Shown: positions 48,181 through 57,383, counted from the stretch's first letter. The stretch: DNA of 64,000 bases from an uncultured virus (IMG/VR IMGVR_UViG_3300033074_000747) (IMGVR_UViG_3300033074_000747), one strand, 5' to 3'. Numbers and translations are program-made. The notes: a model not told the origin generated them from the letters alone.

Positions 48181-48522
48181 TTATTGGTCGTCTGGTTCGG
48201 GGGTGGGATAGGACGAGTGGAGCTCGGTCAGGATCTCGATGAGATGACCCACCTCGTCTCGCTTCATCTCCTTCTTGATCGCGGCCAGCGTGACGATCCT
48301 CTCCTCCTCGGGCTGGATGAGCATCCTCCAGGCGTCGCAAGCGATGCGCTCGCCGCAGTGTCGTGGTCCGTCGATCTGGCCCTTGAGCATGTTCACTAGG
48401 CCGTCTACCTTCCGCAGGTCGCGGTAGGGGTACTCCTGGCCTGCGAACGTGCGCGCCAGTCCCTTGGTCTCCCTGTCCTTGACGATGCTGAGCAGGTCAT
48501 TGAATGCCTTCACTATGTCCAT
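48181..48522 (-). CDS. Hypothetical protein
   Basis: GGAG RBS; co-oriented with neighbours. Confidence 0.45.
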   Translation of the reverse strand: MDIVKAFNDLLSIVKDRETKGLARTFAGQEYPYRDLRKVDGLVNMLKGQIDGPRHCGERIACDAWRMLIQPEEERIVTLAAIKKEMKRDEVGHLIEILTELHSSYPTPEPDDQ

Positions 48523-48538
48523 GATCTTATCTCCATAA

Positions 48539-48689
48539 GGTCCACATGCCGGATTTGAACCGGCCGGTGCTTAGATCGACCACAGCCTAAGCGCTGTGTG
48601 GTAGAAGACGACCTGTGACGCCAAAGAACAGCATCGAGGGGAAGTCATTCTCTGGTCTCGCGGGTTAGCCAATCCCCGCCCATGTGGAC
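48539..48689 (-). ncRNA. tRNA-like RNA with a long structured central insert
   Basis: GTCCACAT/ATGTGGAC 8-bp terminal stem, GCGGG/CCCGC D-like arm, GCCGG-TTCAAAT-CCGGC T arm, and ~95 nt in place of the anticodon and variable arms. Confidence 0.55.
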
Positions 48690-48702
48690 TCGTTTCAACT
48701 GA

Positions 48703-49077
48703 TCACAGGCCGAGGATCAGGCGCTGGATGATCGTCATGGCGATCGGAAGCAGCGTATCCTTGAACAGCGTCCGCCAGTCGATGGCACGCATGCCCTCGC
48801 CGCTGTAGGCCGCGTCGATCTGAGACTTGGCCGACTCCAGCATAGTAGCCATCTCGTCGTTGGACTTCTCGGCGACGGCCGCCAGGGCCAGAGGCTGGGT
48901 CACCGGAGCGTGGTCGTGGGGAACGTAGCTCAGGCCCGCTCCGACCAGGACCCAGGAGCAGTGGAGGGCGCAACCCGTGTCGACGCCGGGCTTGCCGCGC
49001 AGGTAGTCGACCACGTTGGTGATCCCGGCGATCACCTGGTCGATGTTCGGATACTCAGGAACGCATACATGAGCCAT
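48703..49077 (-). CDS. Hypothetical protein with a hydrophobic C-terminus
   Basis: AAGGAG RBS; lies between the RNA genes. Confidence 0.55.
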   Translation of the reverse strand: MAHVCVPEYPNIDQVIAGITNVVDYLRGKPGVDTGCALHCSWVLVGAGLSYVPHDHAPVTQPLALAAVAEKSNDEMATMLESAKSQIDAAYSGEGMRAIDWRTLFKDTLLPIAMTIIQRLILGL

Positions 49078-49112
49078 AGTTCGTCTCCTTCGGTCTAGAG
49101 GTTATGAAACAG

Positions 49113-49184
49113 TACTCCCGGTCGGACTCGAACCGACGACTACGGACATATAAGGCCCGCCCTCTGCCGCTGAGTTACGGGAGC
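49113..49184 (-). tRNA. tRNA-Ile (anticodon UAU)
   Basis: GCTCCCG/CGGGAGT acceptor stem, CGGGC-CTTATAT-GTCCG anticodon arm and GTCGG-TTCGAGT-CCGAC T arm; no encoded CCA. Confidence 0.75.
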
Positions 49185-49187
49185 AGG

Positions 49188-49257
49188 TTGCCGGGGTTGG
49201 ACTCGAACCAACAGTCCAGGGTGCGACCCTTCGCTCTACCAATTGGCGTACCCGGCA
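49188..49257 (-). ncRNA. tRNA-like RNA with a shortened anticodon arm
   Basis: TGCCGGG/CCCGGCA acceptor stem, AATTGGTA D loop and GTTGG-TTCGAGT-CCAAC T arm; anticodon arm is only 13 nt (AGGGT-CGC-ACCCT). Confidence 0.6.
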
Positions 49258-49372
49258 AGCGCCGCCCGCTTCACCCACGGGCGAGAGGAGGAAAGGTTCA
49301 AACCAGGTCGTTACCCCCCGTCGATCCTCCAGGGAGCAGGCCCCTTCGATGGCCCGCCAGTTCTCAGCAGTT

Positions 49373-49714
49373 CTACCAGTCTTGAGTGGACTCCTTGTCA
49401 CTGCTCACGACGATCTTGGTCTCGCGGCGGCTGCCGTCGGGCTTTCCTCCGTTCAGGTAGTGGACCCGGTCCGCCGCCTCCGACTGGGTCTGGTGGTCGC
49501 TGTCGTTCACCCACTCCCCGCTCGGAGTGTAGTAGCCTACCGCCCATGTCGATCGTTCGGTATGTCGATACACCCACATGATGTAACCCTCGCCGTCGTC
49601 CACGGGGTCTGGATCTGGCTCCGGCCTGCCTCCGTCCTCGAACCACCGAGCGGGATCGTAGGATTGCCAGACCATGTCCCTCCACAACTCACGCATACTT
49701 CTACTCTTGCTCAT
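49373..49714 (-). CDS. Hypothetical protein
   Basis: WAVGYYTPSGEW...EAADRVHYLNGG, a phage-type small domain. Confidence 0.5.
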   Translation of the reverse strand: MSKSRSMRELWRDMVWQSYDPARWFEDGGRPEPDPDPVDDGEGYIMWVYRHTERSTWAVGYYTPSGEWVNDSDHQTQSEAADRVHYLNGGKPDGSRRETKIVVSSDKESTQDW

Positions 49715-49839
49715 CGTAATTCTCTCCCTGGTGCGGTCTTGGGGTAGTGCGCCAACTCCGATCAGGGCCTTCCACGATATAGCCCGGCCCGACCCAATCC
49801 CGGCTCGTGGCGTCCGGGAGGGGTCGGGCCAATGGCTCC

Positions 49840-51015
49840 CTAGCTTTCCAGATCATCCCACGAGACGTCCTTGTAGAACAACTTCTTGTTGTCCATATTC
49901 TGGAGCCGCATCGTGCGGGCGTCCGTGTCGACTGCCTTGACCTCGACCTCGATGGCCTTGGCCACCTTCTTCTTGGTCTTGGGGTCAATGGGCTTGTACT
50001 GGTAGATCTCGCCCACCTGCGGAGCCCAGTCGTCCTCGCCGCCCGATGCCGCGTCGTCCGAGCCAGGCCCGTCGCCCAGCGTGGCGGCCGCGATCATGTC
50101 GGCCACCTCACCCCAGCTCTTGGCTCCATTGATCTGATCCTCGGTGATACCCGCCTCCTCTGCGGCGGCGGTGAGCTGAGCAATGGCCTCGTCGTCTCCC
50201 TCGTCGGCGGCCGCTCCCAGGGCGATGATCCCCAGCGACGCCTCGCCGTCTCCAGCGTCCGGATCGAGAATATCCGGCTCGTCGGGCGCGGCCTCCGGCT
50301 CGGAATACTCACCGTTGGGTGACGCCGTGTCATGCATCGAGGGGGCCTCACCCTCCTCCGGGATATACTCGCACACGCCGTTCCAGTTGTGATAGATCAT
50401 CGGGTCGCGGCCAGCGTAGGGGTTGGCCTTCATGGCTGCGTCCTTGGTCGGCCACGACTTCTTCTCGTCGGCGATCCTCCGGCTGCCGTTCGCCTCCTCG
50501 TTCCACACGGTCCAGCGGCCCTTGCCGTCGCCGTCGATCACCTGCTTCGGCATGGCCGAGGTGCGGAACCGGAAGTAAGGTGCCGCCGCCTTGAGCGACT
50601 CGGCCACCGACTCCAGCTCGTCGTAGCTGATCTTGCTCGTGTCGGCCCCCAGCTTGCGCAGCTCGTTGTAGATCCAGTCCACGTGCTCGTCCACGGTCTT
50701 GCGGGTGCGGGTCGGCGTATCGTACAGAGGCTCGCTGATCTGCGTCCTTAGGCCCTTCACCGACTGGCCGTCGGCGGAGAACGCCGGGGTGAGCACTACC
50801 CCGGCCGCATAGAACATGTACTCACCGGCCCCCTGCTGAGCGTCGTCGCGGATCTGGGTGAACTTGCAGTCCACCAGCTGGGCTATCCCGTTGAGACCCG
50901 GCGGTAGGTCCACCCGCCCCATCCTCGTCTCGTCGCTCTTGTGCTTCTCGTGAGCCGTCTTCAGCCGGTTTCCCAGCTTCGCTACCAACCCGCTCTTACC
51001 CTTCTGCATCGGCAT
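49840..51015 (-). CDS. Probable ssDNA-binding / recombination accessory protein
   Basis: Downstream of the Sak4-like ATPase; long acidic linker; small C-terminal beta domain. Confidence 0.45.
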   Translation of the reverse strand: MPMQKGKSGLVAKLGNRLKTAHEKHKSDETRMGRVDLPPGLNGIAQLVDCKFTQIRDDAQQGAGEYMFYAAGVVLTPAFSADGQSVKGLRTQISEPLYDTPTRTRKTVDEHVDWIYNELRKLGADTSKISYDELESVAESLKAAAPYFRFRTSAMPKQVIDGDGKGRWTVWNEEANGSRRIADEKKSWPTKDAAMKANPYAGRDPMIYHNWNGVCEYIPEEGEAPSMHDTASPNGEYSEPEAAPDEPDILDPDAGDGEASLGIIALGAAADEGDDEAIAQLTAAAEEAGITEDQINGAKSWGEVADMIAAATLGDGPGSDDAASGGEDDWAPQVGEIYQYKPIDPKTKKKVAKAIEVEVKAVDTDARTMRLQNMDNKKLFYKDVSWDDLES

Positions 51016-51085
51016 AGTCTACTCCTGTCAGTTACGTTGATTGTGATTCGTCCGTTACGATCTCTTCTCTGCCCGGCCCGTCAGA

Positions 51086-51436
51086 TCAGGTTCCCATCAT
51101 CTTCTTGATAAGGTCCTCCGGCGAGATCTGGTCTGACGGATCGTCGGCCACCGATCGGTTCTCGGTGTCGCCCCTCAGCATGGCCCCGGCGAGCTCCGTC
51201 GACTGGCAGATTGCGTTCGACAGCTGGAGCCTCGTGTTCGCTACCGAAGCGACTACATCGTGGCACGCCTCGCTGCCGTTCTTCAGGTGGACTTGAAGAC
51301 CCCTCACGACCAGCTCCAGCTTGGTCGACAGCTTGATCATGCTGGCCGCCGCCTCCTGGAGGACGTCGGCATGGGTCTTGCGCCACGGGTTCTCCGGTGT
51401 TTTCATGTTTGCTCCTTGGTGATAGAAAGCTACCAT
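51086..51436 (-). CDS. Hypothetical helical protein
   Basis: AAGGAG RBS before the internal MKTPEN start. Confidence 0.45.
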   Translation of the reverse strand: MVAFYHQGANMKTPENPWRKTHADVLQEAAASMIKLSTKLELVVRGLQVHLKNGSEACHDVVASVANTRLQLSNAICQSTELAGAMLRGDTENRSVADDPSDQISPEDLIKKMMGT

Positions 51437-51485
51437 TTCGCTTAACTCCTACCCTTTTATTTTACCCTAGCCGCGCGGCCGGAGA

Positions 51486-52334
51486 CTACTTGCCTCCGTT
51501 GATTACCGCCATTAGCTTGTCGTAGGTCGGGTCTACGATCACGTCAGGAACCGTTCGACCTTTCGGCAGACGGAACTTGGTGTAGAACACGTCGTGGGGC
51601 TCACATCGAGCGCAGTACTCCACCCCCTTTCCCCGCTCTCGGATCGTCGTGGGCGGCTGACCCTTGACCGCCGATACCTGCTTCTCGACGATCCGGGGCC
51701 GCTTGAAGAACTGCATCGCGTAGTCCACGGCCGGATGCAGCCATCCCGCCAGCGACGGGGTGACACCCACTCCCACCGTCGGATGGATGATATCGCTGAC
51801 AGAGGCGTCGTCCCCTCCGCCGAACACCCGCTCCTGTCCTACGATCACCACGTTGCCGGGCAGCGAGAGCAGGGCGCGGAGGATCTCCTTGCACTGGGCC
51901 GTCGATTGGCCCCACTGCTGCTGAGTTGCCAAGCCCCAACCCTTCTGCTCGGGCAGAGCCTCGATACCCAGGATCTCCTTCATGGTCTGGTCCTGGAGAC
52001 CGGACACGTGGTCGAGCACCGTGTTGTCGTAGTCCTCGGCCTCGGTGATCCAGTCGTTCAGCTGCTCCACCGAGCTGACGATGCGGGCGTCGATCCGCTT
52101 GCGATTCTCGGGCGTGTCGATGCTCCTCAGCTCGCCCGGCCTCTTTCCTCCGCTGCATACCAGCACCAGGGTCCGTCCGGGGAATGTCGCCCAGAACGTC
52201 GTCTTGCCGGTTCCTGACTGACCATAGGCCAGCACCTTTAGCCCGCCCGCCATGTCCCAGGCGGAGTGACCGTTACTGGGCTGCGAGGTCGGGGTCATAC
52301 CCGTAGGCTTCTGCTTCGTCGGTCGCGGGGGCAT
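51486..52334 (-). CDS. AAA_24 / Sak4-like ATPase (recombinase)
   Basis: YGQSGTGKTT, TVLDHV and VVIVGQE. Confidence 0.8.
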   Translation of the reverse strand: MPPRPTKQKPTGMTPTSQPSNGHSAWDMAGGLKVLAYGQSGTGKTTFWATFPGRTLVLVCSGGKRPGELRSIDTPENRKRIDARIVSSVEQLNDWITEAEDYDNTVLDHVSGLQDQTMKEILGIEALPEQKGWGLATQQQWGQSTAQCKEILRALLSLPGNVVIVGQERVFGGGDDASVSDIIHPTVGVGVTPSLAGWLHPAVDYAMQFFKRPRIVEKQVSAVKGQPPTTIRERGKGVEYCARCEPHDVFYTKFRLPKGRTVPDVIVDPTYDKLMAVINGGK

Positions 52335-52457
52335 TGTTACTCCTGTCTGTCAGTGAATCAAGGTAGTTCTGAATCCTCCGGTACGTCTCCAGAGTCCTAG
52401 CACACTCGTTCTGGGCGATCAGCATCTTCAGTCTCGTGACCTCCTCGTAGTTCAAGC

Positions 52458-53783
52458 TCATGCTGGCTCCTCCAACTCTCCGAACAGGGTCTCCGCCCGC
52501 CGTAGGCCGATCTCCGACCCGCTGGCGAGATACTCATCGACATCCGTGTAACCACCCTCGTCCATGATGTTCCGCACTCCGAAGGGATGCCTCCAGTGTG
52601 GAGTCGGTATAAACCTACCATCACTGGTCCGAAAAGTGCGAGGTCTAAATGGATCTCGCTTGGATTCATCTAACTCGGCATAGCAATGGATCACCCACTC
52701 CCACCAGTCGCATAGCTGCTCCAGGATCGGGTCCAGGAACTCGCGGCGGAACTTGGCGATGTCGCCGGGAGTCACCACCACGTTCCACCGCATGAAGTAG
52801 GTCTCTGGCTCGTCCCGGATGTACTGCACCACCCGGTCGTAGAAGTCGGCCTTTGACTCCTCCGGCTTGGCGCCGACCCGTCCAGCCCCTCGGCACTTGA
52901 GACACTTCACGGCGTCCTTGTAACCAGTCCCCTTGCACGGCCCGCACTTGCTCCCGGCAGTGGCTTTATGACGGATGATGCTGCCCTTACCCCCGGAGAG
53001 CGGGCGGCGAATCACATTGTAGCGCACGCCGATGATCGGCAATTTCTTGAACAGTCCGTTCAGCTGGTCCTGGCTCAGCTTCGTCGTCTTTGGGTCGTAA
53101 CCATGGAAGGGCTTGTTGAGATCCCTGATCGGTACATCACAGCTCTCCAGGGCGATCAGATACATCATCGTCTGGAGGTCAAAAGTCAATTGGCGGCGCA
53201 TCTGGCCTTCGTTGATCTGGCCCTTGGTCTTGTTCTCCATCAGCCAAATCCCCGCGTTGGCCCCCTTGCCCACCAGGTCTACGCTGTCCCACTTCCCTCG
53301 CAGGCGTACCGTCCGGCCCGAGGGTAGCCGATACGGGACGTCGAACACCTGCTCCTGGAGTAGCGGAGTTCGGCTCTCGATATCCGGGTGCTTGGCCCAG
53401 TAGTCGACGTAGAGCGGGAACTGCCGCTTACAGATGTTGTACCAGTGGTCGACCTGCTCCTGCTGCGTAGGATGCTGGCGACAGAGGTTGCGAGCGTATG
53501 CCTGGAGCTGCTCGATGACCTTCGCCATCGACAGTCCCTCGGCGTGCCGCTCCTCGCAGAGGTGCCACATGTTGCCGAACTCCATGCGGTGGTCGAACCC
53601 CGAGTCACTCGTGAGTCCCTCGACCACCTTCAGCCGGAACCGCTCGCGACACACCAGGAACCGCGACAGCATCGACTGGGTGACGCCGCCCTGAGGCCCC
53701 TCTCCGCAGGGACCAGCCCACAGTGGCTCAGCTCGCGGCCTGGGTCGCGGTCGAGTATTCTTCAACTTGTCTGACAGGCTCAT
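52458..53783 (-). CDS. PD-(D/E)XK exonuclease (Cas4/RecB-like)
   Basis: TQSMLSRFLVCRERF, FGNMWH, LRGKWDSV...MENKT...QTMMY; CxxC insert. Confidence 0.75.
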   Translation of the reverse strand: MSLSDKLKNTRPRPRPRAEPLWAGPCGEGPQGGVTQSMLSRFLVCRERFRLKVVEGLTSDSGFDHRMEFGNMWHLCEERHAEGLSMAKVIEQLQAYARNLCRQHPTQQEQVDHWYNICKRQFPLYVDYWAKHPDIESRTPLLQEQVFDVPYRLPSGRTVRLRGKWDSVDLVGKGANAGIWLMENKTKGQINEGQMRRQLTFDLQTMMYLIALESCDVPIRDLNKPFHGYDPKTTKLSQDQLNGLFKKLPIIGVRYNVIRRPLSGGKGSIIRHKATAGSKCGPCKGTGYKDAVKCLKCRGAGRVGAKPEESKADFYDRVVQYIRDEPETYFMRWNVVVTPGDIAKFRREFLDPILEQLCDWWEWVIHCYAELDESKRDPFRPRTFRTSDGRFIPTPHWRHPFGVRNIMDEGGYTDVDEYLASGSEIGLRRAETLFGELEEPA

Positions 53784-53873
53784 CGTTTGCTCCTCGATGT
53801 TGGATCGAAATTCCAGGGAAACTACTATTATACCCTCTCCTATTAAAATACTAGGTAGGTAGGTTATTCCAGC

Positions 53874-54539
53874 CTATGGAGCCAGCTCCTCCACGGCATT
53901 CGCCAGTCGCACGACGCACTTCTGGATCATCATCCCCTGCTGGACCACGCTGGCGCGGAGGATCGCCGCCGGGTGGGTGATGTTGATCTGCGGGATGTCG
54001 CGATGGAGCTTCACCCCCTTCTTGTATTCTGGATCCAGGTAGTCCCTCGCTAGTGTACCGACGCACACGACCAGCTTGAGCCGGTTCCCTCGATCGCACA
54101 GGGCGATGAAGTCCTGGAGCCGCCCGGAGCAGCACTGGACCTGCTCCTTGGTCGGCTCGCCCGCCTTGCCACCCTGCTCGTGGTCACGGGGAATACAACC
54201 CACCAGGTTGCCGAGGGCGTAGGTCAGGTTCACCCCGGCCAGTCCCTCGGCGATAATCTGGTCGAGCAGCTTGCCCGCTGGACCGACGAACGGGTCACCG
54301 ATCACGTCCTCACTCTCGCCTGGCCCCTCGCCGATGAACGCCACGTCGCAGGGGACAGACCCCCTTCCCAGCACCACGTTCCTCGCACCGGCGCACTCCG
54401 TCGAACCACAGCCCGACCTCCAGCGGTCCACGTGCTCGGCCCAACTCCTGGAGAAGGTAGGTAGGGGTTGGCGTGTCGGAACGGGGCTGAGGGAGGCGGT
54501 CAACTCGGCCCTCAGCGGCTTGGGTCTTGGTTTTGGCAT
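53874..54539 (-). CDS. Uracil-DNA glycosylase family 4-like
   Basis: FIGEGPGESED..GDPFVGPAGKLL, HPAAILR and Fe-S Cys residues. Confidence 0.85.
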   Translation of the reverse strand: MPKPRPKPLRAELTASLSPVPTRQPLPTFSRSWAEHVDRWRSGCGSTECAGARNVVLGRGSVPCDVAFIGEGPGESEDVIGDPFVGPAGKLLDQIIAEGLAGVNLTYALGNLVGCIPRDHEQGGKAGEPTKEQVQCCSGRLQDFIALCDRGNRLKLVVCVGTLARDYLDPEYKKGVKLHRDIPQINITHPAAILRASVVQQGMMIQKCVVRLANAVEELAP

Positions 54540-54576
54540 CGTTACTCCTTCTCTTGGGTTGGATAGGATGGATCAG

Positions 54577-55083
54577 TCAGCATGTTCGAGGTCCTCCGGT
54601 TCTGGGGGTCTGAGTTCGATCGTCCAGTCGATACTCCATCTGGTAGATGTCCGATCCGTCGTCCGTCTGCCATGACAGGGTCTTCGTCCATCGGAACCCG
54701 AGCGAGCGCAGGACCACCTGGCCGCGCACGTCTCGCTCGGTCATCCGGTACACCAGCCGACTGCGGCGGCGGCTGGATATGCTGCCCTTCAGCTGGTCGA
54801 TCATCTGGCGGGCGATCCCACGGCCCTGCATCCCCTCGGCCACGGCCAGGTTCAAGATCAGTATGCATCCTCGGTGCAGCTCGTAGATCATGAACCCGAC
54901 GACCACCCCGCGATACTCGGCCACCTTACCGATGCAGTTGCGCTGACCGAGGCACTCCCTGAACTCCTCCTTGGTCCAGGGCTCCTCGTACCCGTCTCTC
55001 TCGATCTGGAGCACCGCCTCCATATCTGACTGGACCATCCAGCGCATGTGGACCCGCACGAAGTCTTCGACTCTGTCCGCCAT
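54577..55083 (-). CDS. rimI: RimI-like GNAT acetyltransferase
   Basis: VHMRWM...QRNCIGKVAE...VVGFMIYELH...ILNLAV...QGRGIA. Confidence 0.75.
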   Translation of the reverse strand: MADRVEDFVRVHMRWMVQSDMEAVLQIERDGYEEPWTKEEFRECLGQRNCIGKVAEYRGVVVGFMIYELHRGCILILNLAVAEGMQGRGIARQMIDQLKGSISSRRRSRLVYRMTERDVRGQVVLRSLGFRWTKTLSWQTDDGSDIYQMEYRLDDRTQTPRTGGPRTC

Positions 55084-55124
55084 CGGGAATCCTCCCAAGA
55101 GAACGGCCGGGAATTTGATGTCGC

Positions 55125-55472
55125 TCATTCGAGTGCTCCTGTACCACGTTCTAGGACATAATCCCAAACTACCTCAGCGGGAGCGCCTTCTAGCCCGATA
55201 GTAGCCCCCAATGCCGATAGTAGATTACGACCTGCCCTATCGTAGTTCTCTCGGTACCTACCATTCTGATATCGCTTGGATCGGTGTGCCCCCTCGATAA
55301 TTTGGGTTTCATACGTCATACCCTTCTGGCGGGTAGCCTCCGAGACGTAGCCTACGAATAGGCAAGCCTCCTTGAATCCATAACCATAGTCTATGGCTAT
55401 ATTCAAGTAGTCGGCTGCGCATTGGATTTTCCCTGGAGTAAATCGTCGGGTATTCCATACATGTCGGGCCAT
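55125..55472 (-). CDS. Hypothetical protein (AT-richer)
   Basis: Likely start MARHVW overlaps the resolvase stop. Confidence 0.4.
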   Translation of the reverse strand: MARHVWNTRRFTPGKIQCAADYLNIAIDYGYGFKEACLFVGYVSEATRQKGMTYETQIIEGAHRSKRYQNGRYRENYDRAGRNLLSALGATIGLEGAPAEVVWDYVLERGTGALE

Positions 55473-56005
55473 TACTTGTGGGTCCTCCGGCAGTGCTCGG
55501 CGATCAGGAGGGCGTCGCAGTTCTTCAGGGTCATCCTCACGTCGGGAAACATCCGCTGTGCCGTGGCCTTCAGCCGGTTCTTCCACTCGCGCTCGTCCGC
55601 GTCCCCGCGCTCGGGGATACCCAGACCCTTCTGCCAGCGCTTCGGCGGACAGTCCTCCCAGGGGACCTCCAGCGCCGTCAGGAAGGCCCGACACTGCATG
55701 TAGTTGGCGTAGAGCAGGCATGTGCTCTTCAGTATCGAGGACTGCCACGAGCCTCCGCTGAACCATCGTGTAGGCCGAGGGATCTGCTGCTCGATCATCG
55801 CGAAGATGTACTGGTCTAGGATGTGCTTGGTTCGGTATACCAAGGAGTCCAACAGCTCGTCCATGTCAGCCTCCGTGTCGGGCATGACTACCGATCGGTG
55901 GACCGGCCCGTGGATCCAGGCGATGCCCCCGTTGAGGCCTGGATCTATCCCGAGGAACACCGGCCCCTCGTGAGTAGTTGACAGGTCATTCGGCTTGATC
56001 TTCAT
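55472..56005 (-). CDS. RuvC-like Holliday junction resolvase
   Basis: FLGIDPGLNGG, MIEQ, PKRWQK and DALLIAEH. Confidence 0.8.
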   Translation of the reverse strand: MKIKPNDLSTTHEGPVFLGIDPGLNGGIAWIHGPVHRSVVMPDTEADMDELLDSLVYRTKHILDQYIFAMIEQQIPRPTRWFSGGSWQSSILKSTCLLYANYMQCRAFLTALEVPWEDCPPKRWQKGLGIPERGDADEREWKNRLKATAQRMFPDVRMTLKNCDALLIAEHCRRTHK

Positions 56006-56268
56006 ACCTTACTCCTCTGTCTCTCCAGATGTCGCTTGATCGACTCCCTCGATACGTTTCCCAATATCCCCTTGGCCACCCGGATTTTGAACAGATCCCA
56101 GGCTGCCAGCACGAACTCCGTTGAGGTCGAGTTACCAGCCAGTCCCATGCGATGAATGAACTCGTTCGGCGGGAACCTCTGATAGAACGGGTCAGCGGCA
56201 GCCCGCCGCATCTCCTGGAGGAAAACAGATCTGTTCGTCATGGGTAATCTCCTTGGCAGGTTGGTCAT
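56002..56268 (-). CDS. Hypothetical protein
   Basis: ATGA-coupled on both sides. Confidence 0.45.
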   Translation of the reverse strand: MTNLPRRLPMTNRSVFLQEMRRAAADPFYQRFPPNEFIHRMGLAGNSTSTEFVLAAWDLFKIRVAKGILGNVSRESIKRHLERQRSKV

Positions 56269-56606
56269 TCGGATGGGGCACGACCCTTGAGATTGATTCG
56301 GGTGTCTCTCTTCAGGCCCAGCTTCATGTACTCGTCGGGGTGGCAGACCAGCGGATGCTCCTGGACGCCGTAGCTGGTGCCGTTGTGGTCAATACGGCAT
56401 CCTCGGTCGTAGGGGTTCTCGGTCTGGGCCTTGCTGACGTCATACTCCCAGTCATGGTCGGCTTGATCCGTGACGTCCTTCGCATACTCGCTGGCCAGGC
56501 GGGCGTGCTATCTCGCCTGCTCCTCGTTGGAGTATACGGCGACGATCCAGACCGTCCAGTCGCTAAACTCACCAGTCGGCCCGTAGACCGCCCAGACCTT
56601 GTTCAC
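56265..56606 (-). pseudogene. 114-codon gene interrupted by an in-frame TAG at 56508-56510
   Basis: The GTG start overlaps the upstream TGA and the final TGA overlaps the downstream ATG. Reads MNKVWAVYGPTGEFSDW...EEQAR*HARLASE... Confidence 0.55.
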
Positions 56607-56836
56607 TTGCTCTCCTCTCTTCCAGGGTTAGACACGGTGACCTCCAGGCCGTAGGGATGCTCCCGGACCTGGACGATGCGGTGATAGCGGCGGGCCGCGT
56701 TGTGTACCTGCTGCGCCATGATGATCGTGTCGCACTGGTACTCGAATCCACGGCGCAGCACCGTCTTCCTCTTGCTGAACCACTTCGGCCAGTCGTACTT
56801 TCGAGGCCGATGCGCTGGCAGTTTCTCTGATTTCAT
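56603..56836 (-). CDS. Small basic putative DNA-binding protein
   Basis: RPRKYDWPKWF N-terminus; first gene of the leftward operon. Confidence 0.5.
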   Translation of the reverse strand: MKSEKLPAHRPRKYDWPKWFSKRKTVLRRGFEYQCDTIIMAQQVHNAARRYHRIVQVREHPYGLEVTVSNPGREESK

Positions 56837-56839
56837 TTT

Positions 56840-57300
56840 GCCTCTCCCAATAAGATCTTGCTCCAGCCTTTATTTTAAGCTACCCGGTGGCCTTTTCCGT
56901 CGGTGAAACTTTTTCGCTGGCCGTGCTGTTTTCCTATTTACATACCTACCAGAATTCATTATACTACGTTTAATGACAAGGTCTGTATGTATGTAAGTAT
57001 GTATATACTTATAGTATTAAGGGATCAGCTACTTGAAAGGTAGCTAATATTCCCTACCCATCTGGTACGCCCCCTTCCGACCAACAACCCACCCCACCGG
57101 CATAAGTTACCCAGCCGAGTAAATTTTGTAGAAACCCGGTTTTTTGTGGCCCATCTAGTGACCCGCTGCCGCATATATAGGTAGGGGCAAGCAAGGCACC
57201 AGCAAAATAAAACCAAAAAAGTTACCTTCTGCCCTTTACTTTTATTAAAACAAAACTACAATAGTATTAGGTAAGGCCACTGGCCACACGCCTAACGCCC
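56840..57300. promoter_or_regulatory. AT-rich divergent control region (strand switch)
   Basis: No credible ORF; visibly AT-rich; TTTACT..TACAAT at 57235-57262; gene orientation flips here. Confidence 0.6.
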
Positions 57301-57383
57301 AAAAGTCAGTTCCTTGACAACTCGGCCTGCAAAAGCAAAAACAAGGTAGGCTGCGGCAAGATGCCGCTCAAAAGGTCACTGTA

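Noticed and set aside
48539..48689. Canonical tRNA-Sec or tmRNA
   Set aside because: No UCA anticodon arm; too short for tmRNA, with no alanine-type acceptor stem and no clear tag ORF.
52458..53783. Cas4 of a CRISPR system
   Set aside because: It sits with the Sak4-like ATPase and SSB candidate as a typical phage recombination module; no array or other cas genes.
168..56654. Many long plus-strand ORFs (e.g. 9353-10303, 11781-12821, 36097-37104, 39305-40246)
   Set aside because: They are antisense shadows of well-supported minus-strand genes in GC-rich DNA and have no motifs.
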